Source: Gammaproteobacteria bacterium
Lineage (GTDB): Bacteria > Pseudomonadota > Gammaproteobacteria > CBDBNL01 > G965229495
DNA length: 64,000 nucleotides
Assembly: GCA_965229495.1 (NCBI GenBank)
Contig: OZ245880.1
Span: 65,937 to 129,936 of the forward strand
Direction of reading: 5' to 3'
Both the position numbers and the translations under genes were made by a program. The notes beneath the pieces were generated by a model, which ran no database searches, was not told where the DNA came from, and saw nothing but the letters and a program-made list of their open reading frames with translations. Below are positions 19,503 through 28,487 of this stretch, in pieces; within the stretch, counting starts at the first letter, position 1; each line of letters begins with the position of its first letter.

Positions 19503-20314
19503 TGTGGGCAGTAGAAGGTGTTGCGATTGGCGAGGCGCAAGCTGAATATCGGGCGACGGCAGCGCGGGCAGGGTTGGTCGGCGCGGCCATAAACTTTCAG
19601 GGCTTGGGCGAAGTAGCCCGGGTTGCTGACGCCAGAGACGAAGTCGCGTAAGGTGGTGCCGCCCTGGCGGATCGATTGCCGTAAGACTTTTTTGATCTGG
19701 CGGCTGAGCTCGTGGCATTGCTCAAGCGCAAGCTGGTTGGCCGGGCGCAGAGGGTGTATGCGAGCTCCGAATAGGGCTTCGGAGGCGTAAATGTTGCCGA
19801 CTCCGACGACGACGCTGGCGTCCATTATCAGATTCTTGATGGGCTTTTTGCGACCTTGGCAGAGCTGGTGTAACTTGGCGCCGTTGAAGCCGCGCTGCAA
19901 GGGCTCGACGCCGAGTTTTTGTAGCCATTTGCTCGATTGGCCTGGAGCGATGTACTCGAAAAGGCCGAAGCGCCGAGGGTCGTGGTAGCGGAGGAGGTGG
20001 TCATTGATGCTGAGTTCTATGTGGTCGTGCTTGCGCTTGGCTTCTGCGGCGTTGCTCAGGCGGAGCGAGCCGCTCATGCCGAGGTGTACGAGTAAGGAGG
20101 CTGGTTGCTGCTCGGGGCGATTCAGGTTGAATATTAGGTATTTGCCGCGCCTGTGGAGGTCGCTGACCGTGCTGCCGATGAGTAGGCTTTCGATGTTCGG
20201 GATTATGCGCGTGCGCAGGCTGCGGTTGTGTATTTGGACAGCGCGGATGGTCTCGCCGACAACATAGGGTTTGAGCGCCAAGGCTGTGGTTTCAACCTCG
20301 GGGAGTTCGGGCAT
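19487..20314 (-). CDS. mutM: Formamidopyrimidine-DNA glycosylase
   Basis: 275 aa, MPELPEVETT..., C-terminal zinc finger CPRC...CPQC. Confidence 0.9.
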   Translation of the reverse strand: MPELPEVETTALALKPYVVGETIRAVQIHNRSLRTRIIPNIESLLIGSTVSDLHRRGKYLIFNLNRPEQQPASLLVHLGMSGSLRLSNAAEAKRKHDHIELSINDHLLRYHDPRRFGLFEYIAPGQSSKWLQKLGVEPLQRGFNGAKLHQLCQGRKKPIKNLIMDASVVVGVGNIYASEALFGARIHPLRPANQLALEQCHELSRQIKKVLRQSIRQGGTTLRDFVSGVSNPGYFAQALKVYGRADQPCPRCRRPIFSLRLANRNTFYCPQCQPL

Positions 20315-20402
20315 GGTGTTGAGATGCTAGAGTAAGTTTTCTCAGCTGGACTTCGGTCTGTGAATGAGATTGGGCAATAAGGATCTTTTGCCGAGATCGC
20401 AA

Positions 20403-21377
20403 TTACAGGCTGTCGACTACTTTGCGCTCGCCGATTAGCTCCTGCTCGGTGGCTTGCATCTTCTCGCGGCTGAAGTCGCTGCACTCTAAGCCTTCGACTA
20501 CGGTGTAGTTGCCGTTCTGACAAACGCAAGGGAAGGAATAGTACAAGCCCTCGGCGATGCCGTAAGCGCCTTCGGAGTAGACCGCCATGGACACGTAGTC
20601 GCCAGATTCGCTGCCGCGAACCCAATCGCGCATGTGGTCGATGGCTGCGTTAGCTGCCGAGGCGGCGCTGGATAGACCGCGAGCTTTGATGATGGCGGTG
20701 CCGCGATGTTGTACGTCGGGGATCATCGTCTGCTTGTACCAATCTTCGGCTACCAGGGAGGCAGCGGGTTTGCCGTTTATAGTGCAGTGGGCGATGTCGG
20801 GGTATTGCGTCGCCGAGTGATTGCCCCAGATTATTGCTTTGCGGATGGCGCTATTGAGCGAGTTGGTCTGCTGCGCTAGCTGGGCGATGGCTCGGTTGTG
20901 GTCGAGGCGCGTCATCGCGGTGATGTTTCGGGGATTGAAGTTCGGGGCGTTGTTGGCGAGGATGCGGGCGTTGGTGTTGGCAGGATTACCGACTACTATG
21001 AGCTTGCAATCTGGATTAGCGTGGGCAAGAGCCTTGCCTTGCTCGGCGAATATCTTGCCGTTGGCGGCGAGTAAATCCGAGCGCTGCATGTCGGCGGTGC
21101 GCGGTTTGGCGCCAACGAGAAAACCGTAATCAGCATTAGCAAAGGCGGCGTTGGCGTCGGAGTGGGCTTCGACGCCGTGTAGCAACGGGAAGGCGCAATC
21201 GTGGAGCTCCATGATGGTGCCTTGCAAGGCTTGCATAGCTTGGGGTATCTCCAGCAGCGATAGCACTACTGGCTGATCTGGACCGAGGAAAGACCCGCCA
21301 GCGATGCGGAAGAGTAGGGAATAACTGATTTGACCGGCGGCGCCAGTTACGACTATTTTTGCGGGTTGCTTAGCCAT
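20403..21377 (-). CDS. mdh: Malate dehydrogenase (NAD)
   Basis: 324 aa, [17 protein letters not shown]...; cytosolic-type MDH. Confidence 0.9.
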   Translation of the reverse strand: MAKQPAKIVVTGAAGQISYSLLFRIAGGSFLGPDQPVVLSLLEIPQAMQALQGTIMELHDCAFPLLHGVEAHSDANAAFANADYGFLVGAKPRTADMQRSDLLAANGKIFAEQGKALAHANPDCKLIVVGNPANTNARILANNAPNFNPRNITAMTRLDHNRAIAQLAQQTNSLNSAIRKAIIWGNHSATQYPDIAHCTINGKPAASLVAEDWYKQTMIPDVQHRGTAIIKARGLSSAASAANAAIDHMRDWVRGSESGDYVSMAVYSEGAYGIAEGLYYSFPCVCQNGNYTVVEGLECSDFSREKMQATEQELIGERKVVDSL

Positions 21378-21454
21378 GGTGAGTTTGTTTGCTATTTAGA
21401 AGGCGAGCATTTTAATAGCTATGTAGTTAGTTTTAGTAGTTCTTGTTGCTCGCA

Positions 21455-21482
21455 TTGACTTTAGCCGATGGCGAACTAAAAT
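21455..21482 (+). promoter_or_regulatory. Putative sigma70 tRNA promoter (TTGACT-N16-TAAAAT) with GC-rich discriminator tcgccgcc
   Basis: Consensus-like -35/-10 about 45 nt upstream of the tRNA-Val 5' end. The GC discriminator is typical of stringently controlled stable-RNA promoters. Confidence 0.5.
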
Positions 21483-21527
21483 TCGCCGCCTTTGCCTAGA
21501 TGCTTGGGCAAATCCCCACCAACTCAT

Positions 21528-21603
21528 GGGTGCTTAGCTCAGCTGGGAGAGCATCGCCCTTACAAGGCGAGGGTCGCAGGTTCAAGCCCTGCAGCACCCA
21601 CCA
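21528..21603 (+). tRNA. tRNA-Val (anticodon TAC)
   Basis: Cloverleaf folded by hand: acceptor GGGTGCT/AGCACCC, anticodon loop CTTACAA, T-arm GCAGG-TTCAAGC-CCTGC, encoded CCA. Confidence 0.9.
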
Positions 21604-21607
21604 TTTC

Positions 21608-21684
21608 GGAGCGGTAGTTCAGTCGGTTAGAATACTGGCCTGTCACGCCAGGGGTCGCGGGTTCGAGTCCCGTCCGCTCCGCCA
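21608..21684 (+). tRNA. tRNA-Asp (anticodon GTC)
   Basis: Acceptor GGAGCGG/CCGCTCC, anticodon loop CTGTCAC, T-arm GCGGG-TTCGAGT-CCCGT, encoded CCA; 4 nt after tRNA-Val. Confidence 0.9.
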
Positions 21685-21774
21685 TTGTTTGAGATTAGGC
21701 CGCTTGATGCTTTGCGCGTTGCCTTTTTGTGATAGTGTGAATCTTCATTATCCCTGCCCACCATTGATGCGATT

Positions 21775-22044
21775 ATGAGTCAAGTATTTTGCCAGAAATA
21801 TCAACGCCTGCTGCCAGCGATGGCCAAGGCGCCGATGCCTGGGCCTATGGGTGAGCAATTGCAACAACAATATTCGCAGCAAGCATGGGACGAATGGCTC
21901 AAGCTGCAAACTATGCTTATCAATGAGAAGCAGCTAAGCCTTGTGGATCCTTCGGCGCGTAGCTATTTGAGCGAGCAACGGCAGAAATTCATGCAAAATC
22001 AAGAGCACGATACTGCTGCGGGTTACGTGCCTTTGGCAGGTTAG
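21775..22044 (+). CDS. yggX: Fe(2+)-trafficking / oxidative-damage protection protein YggX
   Basis: 89 aa; WDEWLKLQTMLINEKQLSLVDPSARSYL matches YggX (WQHKQTMLINEKKLNMM...). Confidence 0.8.
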   Translation: MSQVFCQKYQRLLPAMAKAPMPGPMGEQLQQQYSQQAWDEWLKLQTMLINEKQLSLVDPSARSYLSEQRQKFMQNQEHDTAAGYVPLAG

Positions 22045-22055
22045 AGTGACCTTCG

Positions 22056-22496
22056 TTGATTCACATGAGGCTTTATCCCTATCTCAGCTACGCTGGTGCT
22101 TTGCCTTTTGTGGCTTGCGCTGGGTTGCTGAGTTTGGGTGTCAATTCTTTGCCGGTTTTGGGCGCGACTTATGACGTTCTGTTGGTATACGCGCTGGTTA
22201 TAAATTCTTTTTTGGCTGGGGCGCATTGGGGTCAGCATATCGGGCTGTCGGGTGTGTGGAGCTGGCGCCTGCCGGTGTTCAGCAATATCAGCGCCGTACT
22301 GCTGTGGCTGGGCTTTTTGTTAGCGCCAACAACGCTATTGCTGGCGCTGTTTATCCTCAACTTTGCCGCTATGTTGTTGATAGATCGCCGCTTATTGCAA
22401 GCTGGGGTCATTAGCGAGCACTACTGGCAAACGCGCTGGCGAGTTAGCTTGGTGGTTATCGCTTGTTTGCTGGTGGCTGGGTTTGCTGGCGGTTGA
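22056..22496 (+). CDS. Hypothetical integral membrane protein
   Basis: 146 aa, 4-5 predicted TM segments. Confidence 0.4.
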   Translation: MIHMRLYPYLSYAGALPFVACAGLLSLGVNSLPVLGATYDVLLVYALVINSFLAGAHWGQHIGLSGVWSWRLPVFSNISAVLLWLGFLLAPTTLLLALFILNFAAMLLIDRRLLQAGVISEHYWQTRWRVSLVVIACLLVAGFAGG

Positions 22497-22528
22497 TTTT
22501 TGCAGCCTTGGTGTAAGAGTAGTCCCAC

Positions 22529-22553
22529 AAAAAAGCCCGCAGCAGCGGGCTTT
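22529..22553. terminator. Bidirectional rho-independent terminator (aaaaaa-GCCCGC-agca-GCGGGC-ttt)
   Basis: Perfect 6-bp GC stem with a 4-nt loop, flanked by an A-run and a T-run, between convergent ORFs. Confidence 0.55.
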
Positions 22554-22576
22554 GAGGAAGTTGGTCTGTTGAGTGC

Positions 22577-22660
22577 TTAGGTTACTTTGTAGACGACGTA
22601 GCCAATGCCAAACGCCATAAAACTGACGAAACAAATGAAGTAGATAGTCTCGAAATCCAT
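22577..22660 (-). CDS. Possible 27-aa hydrophobic micro-protein (MDFETIYFICFVSFMAFGIGYVVYKVT)
   Basis: Short ORF just downstream of the terminator hairpin on the minus strand; a single TM helix. Not in the ORF track (<60 aa). Confidence 0.2.
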   Translation of the reverse strand: MDFETIYFICFVSFMAFGIGYVVYKVT

Positions 22661-22912
22661 TTTAATTTCCTCTTGCTACGATATAAAAAACGCTTACTAA
22701 CAAAATCATAGCTAAAAAGCTATTGACCCAAAAGCCCAAAGGTAATTCTGAGTTTTGGTTATTGATGTATAAATCAATAGCTTCTTTAGCTGATGCGCCA
22801 GAGCCGGCAAACAACAAGCCGAAAGCTATATTCCTCTGCTCTTTACTTAACATAACTCATTGTACTAAATATTCGATTAAGTGTATAGCGCCAATGGAGC
22901 ATGGCGGCATAG

Positions 22913-24190
22913 CTATAACTCTGCCACCAACTCCGCGAAGGCTTGGCCGCGTGCGCTAAAGTTGGCGAATTGGTCGAAGCTGGCGCAGGCTGGCGCTAGT
23001 AGTACAACATCGCCGCTTTGCGCCCTTTGCGCGCACCAGCGCACTGCTGCTGGCAACTCACGAGCTAGGTAGCAATAGACGGCGTCGCTCCAACTTGCGA
23101 ACATCGCCTCGGCTTGCTCGCCGATCAACGCCACCGCGCGCACGTACTGGCGCAGCTCGGGTATAAGCTCGGCATAGTCTTGCTCACCTTTGGCGCGACC
23201 GCCAGCTATTAGCAATATCTTGCCTACCGAACCTGCTCCCAGTCCCACCAACGAGGCTCTGGTGGCGGCTAAGTTGGTCGCCTTTGAATCGTCCACGTAA
23301 CTAACACCGCGTACTTCGCGAACTAATTGGCTGCGATGCGCTAAACCTTGGTAGCTAGTGAGAGCGGCGGCAGCTTGGCGCAAATCTATACCGAGCAAAC
23401 TCGCGCAGCTAGCTGCCACCATGGCATTGAGGTAATTGCATTGGCTCAAGGTCGATAGTCGCGGTGGAGTTATGGCTTCCGTACCCACGCGCCATTCGTC
23501 GCTGCCACCAAAGACCCAAGCGTCTTTGCTTGATGCCGAGAAGCTGTAACTCTCGCCGCTATGCTTGATAGGAGTGCAGAGCTCTTGGTCGTGGTTATAG
23601 ATGGCGTTCTGGCAACCTTGAAAGATTATGCGCTTGATGCGCGCGTAGTTTTCTAGGCTATGGTGGCGGTCGAGGTGATCGGGGCTGATATTGAGTAGCG
23701 CTGCCAGTCGAGCGCGCAGATTCAGTGCGTTATTGAGTTCGAGCTGGAAACTCGATAGCTCCAACACGTAAAAATCGCAATCCTGCTCCAGCAAATCGAG
23801 CATAGGCTTGCCTAAATTGCCGCCAATGCCAACTCGCCAGCCGCTGCTTTCCAAGATATGCCCGAGCATACTGGTTACGGTGCTTTTGCCGTTGGAGCCG
23901 GTGATTAGCGCTAGTGGCAAGCTGTTGCTAGCTCCCTCGAAATAATTGATAAACAAGCCGAGATCGTTGGTGAGAAGGTGTTGCAGGTCTAGTAGTGCTG
24001 GGTGCGCAGGGTCTACTCCTGGACTCAATAAAATGCGCTCGGCTGTGGCTAGATGTACGCGCTCCAAAGGATAGACTTGTTGTAGCTTGGAGTTATCGTC
24101 GAATATACGATAAGACAAGCCACGCCGTTGGCACCAGCGCTCGTAGGCTTGACCAGTGCTCCCATAGCCGACTATGGCGTAAAAACTCAT
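22913..24190 (-). CDS. murD: UDP-N-acetylmuramoyl-L-alanine--D-glutamate ligase
   Basis: 425 aa, collinear with E. coli MurD (ITGSNGKSTV...LLAPACASFDQFANFSARGQAF). Confidence 0.85.
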   Translation of the reverse strand: MSFYAIVGYGSTGQAYERWCQRRGLSYRIFDDNSKLQQVYPLERVHLATAERILLSPGVDPAHPALLDLQHLLTNDLGLFINYFEGASNSLPLALITGSNGKSTVTSMLGHILESSGWRVGIGGNLGKPMLDLLEQDCDFYVLELSSFQLELNNALNLRARLAALLNISPDHLDRHHSLENYARIKRIIFQGCQNAIYNHDQELCTPIKHSGESYSFSASSKDAWVFGGSDEWRVGTEAITPPRLSTLSQCNYLNAMVAASCASLLGIDLRQAAAALTSYQGLAHRSQLVREVRGVSYVDDSKATNLAATRASLVGLGAGSVGKILLIAGGRAKGEQDYAELIPELRQYVRAVALIGEQAEAMFASWSDAVYCYLARELPAAVRWCAQRAQSGDVVLLAPACASFDQFANFSARGQAFAELVAEL

Positions 24191-24266
24191 TGCTTGAGAC
24201 CTGCGAGATAATCCATGATGCGTTGCATAATAGCCGAACTATTAGCCTAACAGTCCTCACCAAAAC

Positions 24267-25220
24267 TTGAGCAACAACCATCCCCATCCCCAAACCGAGC
24301 TCCGAGTACTAGACCCAGGTGCGCTCAGCAGCGTTCAAGACCAAGGGCGGAGATTTTTGCGTCGTTTTGGTGTTCCAACCTCGGGAGCTTGCGATCCGAT
24401 CTTCGCTGCTTGCGCTAACGCTCTGGTTGGAAACATAAGCGAGCTGCCAGTGCTGGAGATGGCACTGCTCGGGCCTAGGCTAGAGGCTACCAATCATTCT
24501 TGTTTGCTGGCGGTCGCCGGCAATTGCCAAGCTCAAATTGCCAGCGCGCAGGGCACTCGGGAATTACCGAGTTGGCGCGCTTTCTGGCTGCATCCTGGTG
24601 AATATTTACAAGTCAAAATAAAGCGCGGTTATTGCTACTTGGCAGTGGCTGGGGGTTGGCAGAGCAGCAGCGATTTGGGTAGTTGCTCGAGTTATCCGCT
24701 CGCCAATCTGGGAGCAGCACGTCTAGCTGCAGATGCTGTCTTGCCAGCAAAAACCATCACTGACCGTGAGCCACTAACAGCTCCACCGTTCGCACACCAG
24801 CGCCAAGCCATCCGCGTGCTCCTCAACGATTGCGCCAATTTCAGCGCCACCAGCTACACAACCTTCATCCGCTGCTCTTACAAGGTTAGCAACGATTCCA
24901 ACCGCATGGGTTTGAGATTGCGCGGCCCTAGCATCGCGGTGCGCGCGCGTAAGCTATCTACGGCTACTGTGCCCGGTAGCGTGCAAGTCCCCGAGGACGG
25001 GCAGCCGATAGTGTTATTGGTAGACGCGCAAACCAGCGGTGGCTATCCACAGATTGGTCAAGTCATCAGCGCCGACTTACCGCGCTCGGCTCAAGCTGGC
25101 GCTGGTGCCGAGCTCCGCTTCCGCGCCGTCAGCCTCAAGCAAGCGCGTCAAGCCGGGCAAATACTCGAGCAGCAATTACAGCAATGGCAGCGGACTTTGA
25201 CCCCTGCTGGTTTAGAATAA
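24267..25220 (+). CDS. pxpC: 5-oxoprolinase subunit C / allophanate-hydrolase-subunit-2-like (KipA/PxpC family)
   Basis: 317 aa; LRVLDPGALSSVQDQGRRFLRRFGVPTSGACD... matches the PxpC/KipA N-terminus. Confidence 0.7.
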   Translation: MSNNHPHPQTELRVLDPGALSSVQDQGRRFLRRFGVPTSGACDPIFAACANALVGNISELPVLEMALLGPRLEATNHSCLLAVAGNCQAQIASAQGTRELPSWRAFWLHPGEYLQVKIKRGYCYLAVAGGWQSSSDLGSCSSYPLANLGAARLAADAVLPAKTITDREPLTAPPFAHQRQAIRVLLNDCANFSATSYTTFIRCSYKVSNDSNRMGLRLRGPSIAVRARKLSTATVPGSVQVPEDGQPIVLLVDAQTSGGYPQIGQVISADLPRSAQAGAGAELRFRAVSLKQARQAGQILEQQLQQWQRTLTPAGLE

Positions 25221-25257
25221 AGCTCAAAGCATATCCACTCACCCTCGACAAACAATC

Positions 25258-28200
25258 ATGCGTAGCCTAGTAGATCTAGCCCTGGTGTACAAACGCACAG
25301 TGCTGATGCTGATGTTACTCCTCGCCGCCAACGGCGTCGTTGCCTATTTCAGCATACCCAAGGAAGAATCCCCCGATGTCAACTTCCCAGCGCTGTACAT
25401 CACGACCACGCTCTCGGGCATCTCCGCGCAAGACGCCGACCGCCTCATCGTAACTCCCATCACCCGCGAGCTCCAAGGCTTGGACGGGCTGAAAGAGATT
25501 AGCAGCACCGCCGCCGAGGGCTACGGTGGCATCTTGCTCGAATTCGATTCCGGCATAGATATCGACACGGTAATGCCCGATGTGCGCGAGAAAGTCGATA
25601 GCGCCAAGGCCGACTTGCCCCAAGACGCCGACGAACCCGACATTGCCGAATTCAATGTTGCTCTATTCCCAGTGATGAGTATCGCTTTATCGGGAGACGT
25701 CGACGAACGCATCTTGTTCGACGCCGCCGACCAACTGCAGGATTTGATCGAAGCCGTCGAGGAGGTCTTGGAGGTCAATATCAACGGCAAGCGCGACGAC
25801 CTGGCTGAAGTCGTGATCGATCCCAATAAGCTTGAAGCCCACGATCTATCGCTAGAAGAAATCATCGATTTATCAGTGAACAACAACCAGCTAATAGCCG
25901 CCGGCGCCATCGACACCGGTCAAGGCTTGCTAAGCGTGAAAGTCCCCGGGCTAATCGAAAGCGAACAAGACATCCTCAGCCTGCCCATCAAGCGCTCGGG
26001 GGAGAAGGTGATAACTTTTGAGGACGTCGCCTGGGGTCAACTAACCTACACCGACCCCAGCAGCTACGCACGCTTTAACAACCAACGCACCGTAGTCCTC
26101 GACGTCAGCAAGCGCATCGGCGCTAACCTGCTGAGTATGGTCGAAAAGATCAAGTTCATAATTGAAGAGCGCCGCGACAGCCTACCCGACGGCCTCGACA
26201 TCACTTACACCCTGGACCAATCCATCGGCGTCCAAGAAAGCCTGAGCTCGCTGTTTAACAACGTCGTCGCCGCGACCCTGCTGGTCATCATCGTCGCCAT
26301 GGTAGCTTTGGGCGTGCGCTCGTCGTTGCTCATCGGCGTCAACATCCCGATGTCGTTCTTGATAGCTCTGATGGTTATCAATATGCTCGGCTTCACCCTC
26401 AACATAGTGGTGTTTTTCGCGTTGATCTTGAGCGTCGGGATGCTGGTCGACGGCGCTATTGTGGTCACCGAATTTGCCGATATGCGCATGTTGCAAGGCG
26501 CGAACAAACTCGAGGCCTACCGCGAGGCCTCGAAGCGTATGGCTTGGCCGATAATAGCCTCGACCGCGACCACGCTGGCAGTATTTTTTCCGCTGCTATT
26601 CTGGCCGGACATCATCGGCGAATTCATGGTCTACATCCCGATCACGGTGCTGATAACGCTCACCGCTTCCCTAGTCATGGCGCTGGTGGTGTTGCCGGTA
26701 ATCGGCTCGATATTCGGCAAGCCCAATAGCCAAGCAGTGGCGACCAAGGAGATGCTCAAAGCCTCCAACGAGCGCCGCTACAACGACATCAAAGGCATCA
26801 CTGGCGCTTACATCAGCACCCTGCGCGTCTTCATTCGCTGGCCGATCCTGGCGCTGGCGCTGGCGATCGGCGCCTTGGTGGGCTCGATCATGGTTTACGG
26901 CAAGCACGGCAAGGGCGTCGAATTCTTCCCTTACATCGAGCCCGAGAACGCCCAGATCGACATCCGTGCCCGTGGCGATCTCTCGCTCGACGAACGCGAC
27001 GCCATCGTGCGCCGCATCGAAGCCATCGCTCTCGCCGAGCCCTCGTTTGAGTATCTGACGACCACGGTGCTCACCGAAGGCGCCGACAACGCAGCCAAAG
27101 ACTTAATCGGCCGTATCAGTCTCAGGCTGACCGATTGGCAAATGCGCCCCAAAGCCAACGACATCCTCAACAGGTTTCGTGAGCAGGCCGACGTAATCCC
27201 TGGAGTCTTAATAGAGACGAGAGTTGAGGAAGGTGGCCCACCAGCCGACGCCGACATCGTCTTTGAAGTGCAATCGCTCGACAAACCGGCGCTCGACGCT
27301 TACGTCAATCGTATTGCCCGCGCCATGCGCGACATGCCCGAATTGCGCGACGTGCGCGATTCGCGTCCGCTCGACGGCATCGATTGGGAACTCAACGTCG
27401 ACCGCGAGGAGGCGGCGCGCTTTGGCGCCTCGGTGAACAGCATCGGCAACATGGTCAAGATGGTAACCAACGGCGTAACCATCTCTGATTACGTCCCCGA
27501 AGGCTCGGACGACAAAGTCGATATCCGCCTGCGTTACCCCAGCGACGCGCGTAACTTTGATCAGCTATTGGAATTGCGCATCCCCATAGCTGGCACCTCG
27601 GTGCCGCTAAAAAACTTCGCCAGCTTCTCGCCGCAACCCAAGGAAAGCGAGATCGCGCGCAAGGCTGGCTATTACTACTACACCATGCAAGCCAACGTCG
27701 GCGCTGGCGAACGCGTCGACCTCATGAGCGCCAAGATCGCCGAATTACTCGATGGCTCCGATCGACCCGAGAGCGTAACCTGGAGCTTTGGCGGCCAGCA
27801 GGAAGACCAAGCCAAATCGCAGCAATTTCTCACCCAAGCCTTCTCCGTGGCTATCTTCATAATGCTGATCATCCTGGTAACCCAGTTCAATAGCTTCCGC
27901 CAAGCGCTGCTCATTCTCTCGGCAGTGGTATTCTCCAGCGCCGGTGTGTTCTGGGGCTTGCTGATTCGCGGCGAGGCTTTTGGCATCGTCATGAGCGGCA
28001 TCGGCATCATCGCCCTCGCTGGCATCGTGGTCAACGCCAACATCATCTTCATCGACACCTTCAACAAGCTCCGCGCCGAGGGTCTCGGCGCCGAAGACGC
28101 CGTAATCCAAACTTGCGCGCAGCGTTTCCGCCCGATCATCCTCACCGCCATCACCACCGTCTCCGGGCTCATGCCCATGGTCTTGGGCATGAGCGTCGAC

Positions 28201-28452
28201 TTTGTAACCGGCACCATCAGCTTCGGCGCGCCGTCGACGCAGTGGTGGGTGCAGCTAGCCACAGCCATCGCTGGCGGCCTCACCTTTGCCACCGTCATAA
28301 CCCTATTGCTAACCCCAGCCATGCTGGCGATGGGCGCGCGCTTCACCGATAAAAGAAAGCTCAAAGCCCAGCAGCGCGCGCAGCCAAAGGCAGAGGAGGC
28401 AGAAGAAGCGACTGACGCTACTGGTACCGAAGAAGCTCTACCCGCTACGTAG
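25258..28452 (+). CDS. RND-family efflux transporter permease (AcrB/AcrD/AcrF-like)
   Basis: 1064 aa, 12-TM RND topology with two large periplasmic loops. No adjacent MFP or OMP genes. Confidence 0.85.
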   Translation: MRSLVDLALVYKRTVLMLMLLLAANGVVAYFSIPKEESPDVNFPALYITTTLSGISAQDADRLIVTPITRELQGLDGLKEISSTAAEGYGGILLEFDSGIDIDTVMPDVREKVDSAKADLPQDADEPDIAEFNVALFPVMSIALSGDVDERILFDAADQLQDLIEAVEEVLEVNINGKRDDLAEVVIDPNKLEAHDLSLEEIIDLSVNNNQLIAAGAIDTGQGLLSVKVPGLIESEQDILSLPIKRSGEKVITFEDVAWGQLTYTDPSSYARFNNQRTVVLDVSKRIGANLLSMVEKIKFIIEERRDSLPDGLDITYTLDQSIGVQESLSSLFNNVVAATLLVIIVAMVALGVRSSLLIGVNIPMSFLIALMVINMLGFTLNIVVFFALILSVGMLVDGAIVVTEFADMRMLQGANKLEAYREASKRMAWPIIASTATTLAVFFPLLFWPDIIGEFMVYIPITVLITLTASLVMALVVLPVIGSIFGKPNSQAVATKEMLKASNERRYNDIKGITGAYISTLRVFIRWPILALALAIGALVGSIMVYGKHGKGVEFFPYIEPENAQIDIRARGDLSLDERDAIVRRIEAIALAEPSFEYLTTTVLTEGADNAAKDLIGRISLRLTDWQMRPKANDILNRFREQADVIPGVLIETRVEEGGPPADADIVFEVQSLDKPALDAYVNRIARAMRDMPELRDVRDSRPLDGIDWELNVDREEAARFGASVNSIGNMVKMVTNGVTISDYVPEGSDDKVDIRLRYPSDARNFDQLLELRIPIAGTSVPLKNFASFSPQPKESEIARKAGYYYYTMQANVGAGERVDLMSAKIAELLDGSDRPESVTWSFGGQQEDQAKSQQFLTQAFSVAIFIMLIILVTQFNSFRQALLILSAVVFSSAGVFWGLLIRGEAFGIVMSGIGIIALAGIVVNANIIFIDTFNKLRAEGLGAEDAVIQTCAQRFRPIILTAITTVSGLMPMVLGMSVDFVTGTISFGAPSTQWWVQLATAIAGGLTFATVITLLLTPAMLAMGARFTDKRKLKAQQRAQPKAEEAEEATDATGTEEALPAT

Positions 28453-28487
28453 TAAAGTTTACGGGCGCGGATTCGGCGGTTAGATAA

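Noticed and set aside
21500-21778. 92-aa ORF spanning both tRNA genes
   Set aside because: It fully overlaps two canonical tRNA cloverleaves, so it is a spurious ORF.
25315-28364. Numerous antisense/alternative-frame ORFs inside the RND pump, cox genes, proVW, TRAP permease (e.g. 27678-28364, 34793-35289, 36495-37166, 40955-41695)
   Set aside because: They are embedded in well-supported long genes on the opposite strand or frame and have Arg/Pro/Ala-rich composition typical of GC-rich noise.
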